Shown here: one piece after another, positions 52,832 to 62,599 of the stretch
Position numbering within the stretch: position 1 is the stretch's first letter
Layout of the letters: the number at the start of each line of letters is the position of its first letter
The notes under the pieces: model-generated
What the model was told of the DNA's origin: nothing
Seen by the model: the letters and a program-made list of their open reading frames with translations, nothing else
Databases searched by the model: none
Program-made: the position numbers and the translations under genes
NCBI GenBank assembly: GCA_030390025.1
Contig: CM059432.1
Span: 19,842,001 to 19,906,000 of the forward strand
Direction of reading: 5' to 3'
From: Squalus acanthias
Taxonomy: Eukaryota
DNA: 64,000 bases

Positions 52832-55800
52832 ATGGCGGCCTGGTAGACGGCCGTGACGGCGATCACCCTCCTGACAATTACGGTAGCGTGGCAGGCGCTG
52901 TGCACATCGATAAAAGTACTTGTTTGCACCAGGACAATACATGCAACTGTCACAGGGGGGAAAAGGGGAATGGGTAAAGAAACCCAGTATATGGATCACG
53001 GACCGGGTCACCGCACATACCCATACGACCAAGGTATGGAAAATAAATCCCAAATGTAATATGGGACAAGGATACTGGGACCCTATCTGTGGCAGCAACC
53101 ATGAACTGTCTGCCCCCGGACAACCAGTCCGATTGGAACGGCCTCCCTGCCCATCACAACGGGAAAGATCAGGGTACGGCGCCCCGGGCGGTTGGTCAGA
53201 TGAACTTGAGGTCCATCCCAGCACCACGCAAGCAGACTCCTTCAAATCGGTCTGGATCCCTGTTATCGGACCCAGAAGTGACAATTATACACAACTACAA
53301 ACTAGCGTGGATACTGATGGAGATATAACGGTCATTGGCATATACGATGACGCGGGACTGGGACGTTGGTGACACTCCTGCTCGCCACACAAGGGGTAGC
53401 GCGGAAAAACGATAGGTGTGGTCATCAGTACCGTCAACATTATAGCAGGGTGGACTAAATTACCCCCATTCATTTGGGAACCACGACTTGAGGGACAATA
53501 TTGCCAAGAATTGTGTAGCGATGTTCTTAAGCAGTTGGGATGTACTGATATAAGATGCTTTGATTTAACAACATGTGGATATCAAAAGCTGTCGCGATGT
53601 CCCACCACGGTGCCACCTCCAATGGATGGCATCATCAGGGTCGGGGGGCCCGAAGGTACTGTTACATGCTGTAACTATAGTCACTTTAGAGGTAACCTAT
53701 AACCTGAACAGTATAGTGCCGGCATTGGAGGCCAATTGTGGTGATCACCCAGCATCAATTACTTGGGCGAAGCATAAATTGCAGCGATTACTCAGTGATT
53801 ATAAGGACCGCATAGCCCCCGAAGTAGGGGCCCCCAAGGGGCGGCGGAGATGGGGTATATTAGGGGAAGTGGGTGGGCTTGTTTGGAAGTGCCAACTCGG
53901 TCCTAAATTCATGGCAAATCACGGGCCTGGATAGCTATGCCTCCTGGGTGGCGCAGGAAAGCGCCAAGGGCCTGCGGTTCACAGCTCAGGGAACGGAGTA
54001 TGCGCTTACGGCAGTAGAACCGGGTTACAGAGAGGTTTAGAGGACCTAGGGAAAGCCGTAATAAAGGTGACTGATTTACAGTCCAAGGGGTGAGCATGTG
54101 ACATGCTGGCTCGGGACTTGATTGATAGTGTTGAATCAGACATTGAAGACATCAGGTTTGGGACGGTGCCCCGGCATACACAGAAGGAAGTCAGCAGTCT
54201 TAATCTGATTAACTGGGAGGAAGGTAGACAGAAGCTCTTGGTAACCCGCCCAGCAGGTGGGAGGCCAGCGGATGCATTTAGATTTCTAATGATGATGCCA
54301 CAGGGGCACAAGAATGGGACATTGCAGGGGCTCTGACACAAATTTTCAGAACATCTCTGGCCACAGGGGAGGTCATGATGCGGAGATGCCGGTGTTGGAC
54401 TGGGGTGGACAAAATTGAGAGGTCGCACAACACCAGGTTATAGTCCAACAGTTTTATTTGCCAGAGGACATGAGAACAGCTAACGTAGTACCATTATTCA
54501 AGAAGGGTAGTAGGGATAAACCAGGGAATTATAGGCCAGTGAGCCTAACATCAGTGGCAGGGAAATTATTGGAAAAACTTCTGAGGGACAGAATTAGTCT
54601 CCACTTGGAGAGGCAAGGATTAATCAAGGATAGTCAGCATGGCTTTGTCAGGGGGAGATCATGTCTGACCAATTTGATTGAATTTTTCGAGGGGGTGACT
54701 AGGTGAGTGGATGAGGGTAGTGCAGTTGATGTGGTCTACATGGACTTCAGTAAGGCTTTTGACAAAGTCTCGCATGGGAGACTGGTCAAGAAGGTAAGAG
54801 CCCATGGGATCCAGGGCAACTTGGCACATTGGATCCAAAATTGGCTTAGTGGCAGGAGGCAGAGGGTGATGGTCAAAGGTTGTTTTTGTGACTGGAAGCC
54901 TGTGTCCAGTGGTGTACCACAGGGATCGGTGTTGGGTCCTTTGCTGTTTGTAGTGTACATTAATGATTTAGATATGAATGTAGGAGGTATGATCAGTAAG
55001 TTCGCAGATGACACAAAAATTGGTGGGGTGGTAAATAGCGAGGAGGGAAGGCTCAGGCTACAGGACGATATAGACGGGTTGGTCAGATGGGCAGAACAGT
55101 GGCAAATGGAATTTAACCCTGAAAAGTGTGAGTTGATGCATTTTGGGAGGACTAACAAGGCAAGGGAATACACAATGAATGGTAGGATCCTAGGAAGGAC
55201 AGAGGATCAGAGGGACCTTGGTGGGCATGTACATAGATCCCTGAAGGCAGCAGGACAGGTAGATAAGGTGGTTAAAAAGGCATATGGGATACTTGCCTTC
55301 ATTAGCTGAGGCATAGAATATAAGAGCAGGGAGGTTATGATGGAGCTGTACAAAATGCTAGTTAGGCCACAGCTGGAATACTGTGTGCAGTTCTGGTCGC
55401 CACACTATAGGAAGGATGTGATTGCATTGGAGAGGGTGCAGAGGAGATTCACCAGGATGTTACCTGGGCTGCAGCGCTTCAGCTATGAAGAGAGACTGGA
55501 CAGGCTGGGGTTGTTTTCCTTAGAGCAGAGAAGGCTGAGGGGGGACCTGATTGAGGTGTACAAAATTATGAGGGGCATAGATAGGGTAGATAGAAAGGAA
55601 CTTTTCCCCTTAGTAGAGGGGTCAATAACCAGGGGGCATAGTTTCAAGGTAAGGGGCAGGAGGTTTAGAGGGGATTTGAGGAAAAACTTTTTCACCCAGA
55701 GGGTGGTTGGAATCTGGAACTCACTGCCTGAAAGGGTGATAGAGGCAGGAACCCTCACAACATTCAAGAAGCATTTAGATGAGCACTTGAAACGCCATAG

Positions 55801-56723
55801 CATACAAGGCTACGGACCAAGTGCTGGAAAATGGGATTAGAATAGACAGGGCTTGATGGCCGGCGTGGACACGATGGGCCGAAGGGCCTCTTTCTGTGCT
55901 GTATAACTCTATGACTCTATATCAAGGGAGATGTAAAGTAGAGTCTCTGGGAGTGGTCAGAGGCGAATCGGCGTACCGGGTGGGTACCCGCGGATCCGTA
56001 GCACCTGGCAAGAATGGCACCCTCCTTATGACCACGAATGAGTGCTGTACTGAGTCAGAGCACCACATATTGTGTACCTGTAACACCCTGAAATCGATAG
56101 ATGAGGGCTCAGCAGTGGTGGTGATGGTAGAGCCTCTGGAAGGAGCCTTTAGGGCAATTCAGGCATCTCCGACTCAGTGGTGTTTTCTGACCGACGAGAA
56201 GAACTACCTCTACGTGGGATTGGTATGTGCAAATAATCATACCTTTTGGCCTTCAAGTTTCAGACTCTCTCACCTTGGGAGAATTCCATCTAACAGGCAG
56301 AACCCTCGCCAGCCTGGGTCTTCAGCTCATGGTGGGATGACGAATTGAGTGTGGATGATACACCAGGGAGGGCCGCTAGGGTGGCGGTGGAACAGGCCTT
56401 GAATGCGACGATGGAATACATTGCACGGAGTAAACAGACCCTCACGGGAAGAGTGGAGGTGAACTTGGCCAAAAGAACGGCTAGAAGCTAAAAGGCAGGG
56501 AGCTTCAGCCATTGCCCCAGTAGGAGAGGGCCAAAGACAGCCTAACTGGTGGGACATAGGTAGAATGGCAGCCGCCATTGCCCCCACGCTCGTCCTTATC
56601 ATCAGTATATGCATCTGTTGCTATCAAAAATGGATGATATCCCAAGTGGTGATGATGTCAAATAGGGGATACGCCCCGGTGTCAGTAGCCAAGATGCCAC
56701 TCTCAGAGACTGGGGAAAAGTAG
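52832..56723 (+). pseudogene. env: env: class I fusion glycoprotein resembling paramyxo/pneumovirus F, split by a CR1
   Basis: Signal-like TAITLLTITVAWQALC; basic site GRRRW|GILGEVGGL-FGSANSVL at 53842-53853; heptads LQRGLEDLGKAVIKVTDL; Cys-rich CCTESEHHILCTCNTL; TM MAAAIAPTLVLIISICICCY; tail with YAPV; stop TAG 56721-56723; several frameshifts and stops. Confidence 0.85.
54323..55920 (+). mobile_element. CR1 LINE, 5'-truncated, inserted in env
   Basis: NYRPVSLTS, DFSKAFDKV, GVPQGSVLGP, KFADDTK, RPQLEYCVQFWSP; tail ACTCTATGACTCTAT; contains an ~85-bp foreign insert at ~54375-54459. Confidence 0.95.
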
Positions 56724-56935
56724 GACGCGTATGCAATATAAATCAGACTGGGTCCCAAGCACAGCCAATGACACTAGGACATCGGTGAGAGTGTAAGAGA
56801 GCCATGTAATTGTGGATTTGACACTTACGGGAGTCCAGTTGGATCCCTGGACAATCCAGCAGGTAGAGAATTCGGGGATTTAGGTATGTCCTACCTGGAT
56901 CAGACGAGGTCTGACCAGGGGCCAACAGGAAGGAC

Positions 56936-57400
56936 TGATAGGGTAACCTGTAGGTTTGGATAACCTTTACATGTATATTATAGTTGCGTTAGAAGCCATG
57001 CTATTAAAATGTTACTGTAACTGCAAGGCATGATGGGAAGCTTGACCAAAATCAGACCAAAGCGTAGTGTCTGCATTTAACAGCAGCAGTAGTTGCAATA
57101 AAGATTCTTCATGAAACCTTGAATCAGGAACAATGAACAAAGATAATGGTAGCTGGAGGCCGAATAAGATAAACAAAACTGCAGAAAGGCAGAAGTAAAG
57201 ACCTTGGGTCCGGGACAGCTGAGATAGCGGGAAGCATCTGCCAAAGCCTACATAACCGGTAATTAACGGTTGATTATGTATAAATAAACTGTAAATTTGA
57301 GAGACTTCGGTACGCTGAAGGCTCTCCCCTGCATGCTTGTAATAAAGTTTCTCTCATATCACAGACTACCCGAGACTCCGAGTGGTTTCTTTCCACAACA
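56936..57400 (+). repeat. 3' LTR, 465 bp
   Basis: Manual alignment to the 5' LTR gives ~16 substitutions plus 12-bp and 2-bp indels; preceded by purine-rich AACAGGAAGGAC. Confidence 0.97.
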
Positions 57401-57519
57401 ACTGTGTAGGTAGCAGAATATGGTAACAAGGGGTAACAAGGGGTGATTGACAGATGCTAATCAACATACAAACAGCAGGAAATGGTAACAAGCGATGATT
57501 GAAACACATTGACCAACAA

Positions 57520-58480
57520 TAATTTACAGTGCTTTTAACATAGTAAAATTATCAAAATACTTTGCAGAGGTGAAACCGGATGGTAGGAGAAGAGTCAGAG
57601 AAGGTAGGTTCAGAGGTAGATTTTGAAATTCCTTTGAAGGAGGGGAGAGAGGCAACAAAGCAGAATTGTTTAGGGAGAATATTCCCGAGTGTAGGAATAG
57701 AGAACTGAAGGCTCTGTCACTAAAAGCTCAGTGGAGAGTAGGGCAGTGCAAACACAGCCAGAGGGAGTGCACTGGCATATAGGACTGAAATAGATTGAAG
57801 TTATAGGGAGGGGCGAGGCCATACATGGATTCAGAGCAAGACATGATTCTGAGTTCAATGCTTTGGGAGCCAATGGAGATGAGGACGAGAGTGACAGGGG
57901 AACAAGACTTAGTGTGACATAGGATGGGGTCGGCAGAGTTTTAGGTGGGTTATAGTTGATGAAAGATAGAACTTGTGAGGCTCGCGAGGAAAATGGTGGA
58001 GAAGTCGGACCTGGAGGGGACAAAATGTTTCTGCAGAATTAGGGTTTTAGCAGAAGCAGGGCTGAGGCAAGGACGGAAACAGAAGAGAAAACAGGAGGTC
58101 TTGGTGAAGGATAGAATGTGAGGGTTGAAGGGTAACTCAGGGTCAAACAGGACACCAAGGCTGCACACCATGGGGTTCAGCCAGGAAAGGGGATGGAATC
58201 AGGGGTATGGGTGCTGAACTTCTGGCAAGAGCTGAACAGCAGAGCTTTGGTCTTGGCAATATTAAGTTAGAGAGATTTCCTGTGAATTAGAGGAGATGTG
58301 CTGGCTACACTGGGACAGACAAGAATGGAAAAGGGAGGGCAAAGTGACAGAGGTGAATCACAGAAGCAAGGTGATGGAGGAGCAGAATGACATGGTTGAC
58401 TTTGCTGAAAGTCAAAGGAGATGAAGCGGAGGATAAGGAGCAATAGTGCACCACAGTCACAATCAGAAAAGAGCAATGCA
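57520..58480 (-). mobile_element. Old L2 fragment
   Basis: Minus-strand SLGVLFDPELPFNPHILSFTKTSCF..RPCLSPASAKTLI is an L2 ORF2 motif. Confidence 0.75.
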
Positions 58481-59221
58481 GAGATAGCAGAATACTAGTA
58501 ACGAGATGACTGAGAGACACTAATCAGGTCGTTCTTTTTAACATTTGGGATTATCAGGGATTTCAGAAGAACATCACGATGTCTTTCTCTCTTAAGTTAC
58601 ATAAATTATTTGATAATGATGGCTCTGAGAACAACATGTTCTGTTGAGTGCCTTGAGGCCTACTTTTCTGGTGAGAATTTTTAATGGATCTTTTGCCATT
58701 CCTGCAATGGTCTGTGTAAAGCTGGATGGAGCTCGGCGCCTCATCTTGTTCACTGATGATCCCTGATGTTTTAATGTCATGGTAATAGCACATTACTCTT
58801 AAGGACCACTGCAATTTGAATAATAGATATTTAATTCATCCTTCAAGCAGATCGAGGTAGCTTCAAGATGCAGTGTGAGTTTTTCAAACCGCACACGGGG
58901 CAGATTGAAATCCCCAGAACCTCAGGACTCAGCATAGTAAATGTTATTGAGGACATCTGTAAAAAGGCACAAACCAGATTCTAATTCCTTTGGTCCAAAG
59001 AGCAAACACATTGATAACATATATACTATGATTTAGAAGCACACTGGACAGCTTTCGTCAGAGGTGAAATTTCTACTTATGTGCTGAAAAATTGCAGCTG
59101 ACTGTGCTATAAGTGTCAGCTTGGCTCAGCTGGTGACACCGTTACCTGAGAGAAAAGGTTAGAGATTCCAACTCCATTCCAGAATTTGAGCAAATAATCT
59201 AGGCTGACAACTCATATACAA

Positions 59222-60275
59222 CAACAGTGTAACATATCAAAGTTTGCAGATGATACAAAGATGGGAGGGAAAGTAGAAAGTGAGGAGGACATAAAAAACC
59301 TACAAGGGGATATAGACAGGCTGGGTGAGTGGGCAGAGATTTGGCAGATGCAATACAATATTGGAAAATGTGAGGTTATGCACTTTGGCAGGAAAAATCA
59401 GAGAGCAAGTTATTATCTTAATGGCGAGAAACTGGAAAGTACTGCAGTACAAAGGGATCTGGGGGTCCTAGTGCAAGAAAATCAAAAAGTTAGTATGCAG
59501 GTGCAGCAGGTGATCAAGAAGGCCAACGGAATGTTGGCTTTTATTGCTAGGGGGATAGATTATAAAAACAGGGAGGTATTGCTGCAGTTATATAAGGTAT
59601 TGGTGAGACCGCATCTGGCATACTGCATACAGTTTTGGTGTCCATACTTAAGAAAAGACATACTTGCTCTCGAGGCGGTACAAAGAAGGTTCACTCGGTT
59701 AATCCCCGGGATGAGGGGGTGGACATACGAGGAGAGGTTGAGTAGATTGGGACTCTACTCATTGGAGTTCAGAAGAATGAGAGGCGATCTTATTGAAACA
59801 TATAAGATTGTGAAGGGGCTTGATCGGGTGGATGCGGTAAGGATGTTCCCAAGGATGGGTGAAACTAGAACTAGGGGGCATAATCTTAGAATAAGGGGCT
59901 GCTCTTTCAAAACTGAGATGAGGGGAAACTTCTTCACTCAGAGGGTAGTGGGTCTGTGGAATTTGCTGCCCCAGGAAGCTCTGGAAGCTACATCATTAAA
60001 TAAATTTAAAACAGAAATAGACAGTTTCCTAGAAGTAAAGGGAATTAGGGGTTACGGGGAGCGGGCAGGAAATTGGACATGAGGCTGAGTTCGGATCGGT
60101 CGAGGCCCTGTGGGTGGCGTAGCGGGCCCAGGGGCTGAGTGGCCGGGTCCTGCTCTTACTTCTTGTGTTCTTTAGATTTGAGGTGAGGATCAGATCAGCC
60201 ATGATCTTATTGAATGGCGGAGCAGGCTCGAAGGGCCGATTGGCCTACTCCTGCTCCTATTTCTTATGTTCTTAT
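59222..60275 (+). mobile_element. CR1 LINE 3' fragment
   Basis: ORF 59261-60082; tail TTCTTATGTTCTTAT; AACTCA repeated on both flanks. Confidence 0.92.
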
Positions 60276-60448
60276 TAACTCAATGCAGCAATTGAGGGAG
60301 TGTTGCACTATCAGATTGATCAGCTTTCAGACCACGCATTAATGTGGTCCCTGGCTGCCTGTTCAAATGGATGCATAAAGATCCTATGGCACTATTCTCC
60401 CTCAACCAACACCATCAAAAACAGAATCACTGCTCATTCATTTTATTT

Positions 60449-61052
60449 CCGATAAAAGGTCATCGACCTAGAAATATAGAAAAATAGAAGCAGGAATAAG
60501 CCATTCGGCCCTTTGAGCCTGCTCCGCCATTCAATATGATCATGGCTGATCCTCTATCTCAATACCATATTCCCGCTCTCTCCCTATACCCCTTGACGCC
60601 TTTTGTGTCTAGAAATCTATCTATCTCCTTCTTAAATATATTCAGTGACTTGGCCTCCACAGCCTTCTGTGGTAGAGAATTCCACAGGTTCACCACCCTC
60701 TGAGAGAAGAAATTTCTCCTCATCTCAGTCCTAAATGTCCTACCCCATATCCTGAGACTGTGACCCCTCATTCTAGAGCCCCCAGCCAGGGGAAACATCC
60801 TCCCTGCATCCAGTCTGTCTAGCCCTGTCAGAATTTTATTCCGTCAATGAGATCCCCTCTCATTCTTCTAAACTCTAGTGAATACAGGCCTAGTCGACCC
60901 AATCTCTCCTCATACGACAGATCTGCCATCCCAGGAATCAGGCCTAAAACATTAACTTTGTTTCTCTCTCCACAGATGCTGCCTGACCTGCTGAGTGTTT
61001 CTAGCATTTTCTGCTTTTATTTCAGATTTCCAGCATCCACAGTATTTTTGCT
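60449..61052 (+). mobile_element. Penelope terminal-repeat insertion containing a minus-strand CR1 (60470-60941)
   Basis: 15-bp TSD TCATTCATTTTATTT (60434-60448, 61053-61067); AAGGTCATCGACCTA|...|AAACATTAAC split by CR1 ORF 60559-60798. Confidence 0.8.
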
Positions 61053-61128
61053 TCATTCATTTTATTTGTTGTTTGTGGGACATGGTTGTGTGCAAGTTAG
61101 CTGCTGCACTTGCCTACATTACAACAGT

Positions 61129-61810
61129 AACATCCTGGGGGGTCACCATTAACCAGAAACTTAACTGGACCAGCCACATAAATACTGTGGCAACAAGAGC
61201 AGGTCAGAGGCTAGGTATTCTGCGGCGAGTGTCTCACCTCCTGACTCCCCAAAGTCTTTCCACCATCTACAAGGCACAAGTAAGGAGTGTGATGGAATAC
61301 TCTCCACTTGCCTGGATGAGTGCAGCTCCAACAACACTCAAGAAGCTCAACACCATCCAGGACAAAGCAGCCCGCTTGATCGGCACCCCATCCACCACCT
61401 TAAACATTCACTCCCTCCACCACCGGCGTACCGTGACTGCAGTGTGTACCATCTATAGGATGTACTGCAGCAACTCGCCAAGGCTTCTTCGGCAGCACCT
61501 CCCAAACCCGTGACCTCTTCCACCTAGAAGGACAAGGGCAGCAGGCGCATGGGAACACCACCACCTCCAAGTTCCCCTCCAAGTCACACACCATCCTGAC
61601 TTAGAAGTATATCGTCAATCCTTCATCGTCGCTGGGTCAAAATCCTGAAACTCCCTCCCTAACAGCACTGTGAGAGTACCTTCACCACACGGACTGCAGC
61701 GGTTCAAGAAGGCCGCTTACCACCACCTTCTCAAAGTCAACTAGGGATGGGCAATAAATGCTAGCATTGCCAGCAACGCCCACATCCCATAAAAACAAAT
61801 TTAAAAAACT
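61129..61810 (+). mobile_element. CR1-clade LINE 3' fragment
   Basis: GVTINQKLNWTSHI...IYKAQVRSVMEYSPLAW...IQDKAARLI. Confidence 0.88.
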
Positions 61811-62599
61811 ATAAAAACTACACTTCTAAAGTAATTCAGTGGCTGTGAAGCACTTTAGGATGCCATTAAAGGTGCTATGTAAATCCAAGTTCTTTCTTTC
61901 TATATATCATGGAGCCTGAAGAGGGAATCGTCTTCATGAGCACAAAAATTGGCAAAAATTATTTTGCAGTAAAGAAATAAATATCTGAACCCACCTTTAA
62001 ACCTAAATTGTTGTATGCCAAATACAATAGACGACTGCGTGTTTAATTACAGCTTCATGTCACAAAAATGTTGTATCATTTGCGCGTCACATCATCTCGG
62101 TGAAATCAAGGCCTCGGTGTTCCAGCTCTTCTCCCCCCCACCTTCCCCCGGTGACAAATACTGTATTTAACCACATCAGGAGCAGCCAGAGAATTGGCCG
62201 AGAATGCTGTTTCTTCTCAACTGTTCCTGTGCCAAAAATAAAATGACCAGAAAAATCTGGAATAACCCATCCGCCAAAAATAGAATGTGCAGGAAGTGAA
62301 GTAGACATAAAGGTGTCATGTGCGCCCCATAAATTTACCCCCTTCCATCTTCTCTGCTGAAGATGCTGATTCATGCTGAGGCATTGTTCCACGGGTTGCC
62401 AGCACTTTGACTAAATGGACAATATCTCGCATAAGCCTGGATTGTGACCGATGGCTGTGGAGAGCATGACCAAAGAACCCAATGATATCCTCACCTGATA
62501 TTTGTGCATACCCAGCAGGAGTCTCTGGATGGTGTGCAGGAGTGGGAATACTGGCTGATTTTTTTTAATGGCTCATAAGCATTGAGGCTACTGTTACTG

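Larger units (their letters stand above)
47670..57400 (+). mobile_element. Defective endogenous retrovirus, lokiretrovirus-like (LTR-gag-pol-env-LTR)
   Basis: Paired LTRs, tRNA-Ser PBS, purine-rich tract before the 3' LTR, retroviral RT/tether/integrase remnants and an F-like env. The provirus call is firm; the lineage is inferred. Confidence 0.9.
59113..61900 (+). mobile_element. Deu-SINE broken into four pieces by nested insertions
   Basis: SINE pieces 59113-59214, 60282-60448, 61068-61128 and 61815-61900 join into the family sequence of 3915-4377. Confidence 0.75.

Noticed and set aside
52832..56723. Domesticated syncytin-like env, or a stand-alone paramyxovirus EVE
   Set aside because: Multiple stops, frameshifts and a CR1 insertion exclude function at this locus. 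The gene occupies the canonical env position between integrase and the 3' LTR, with no N/P/L genes.
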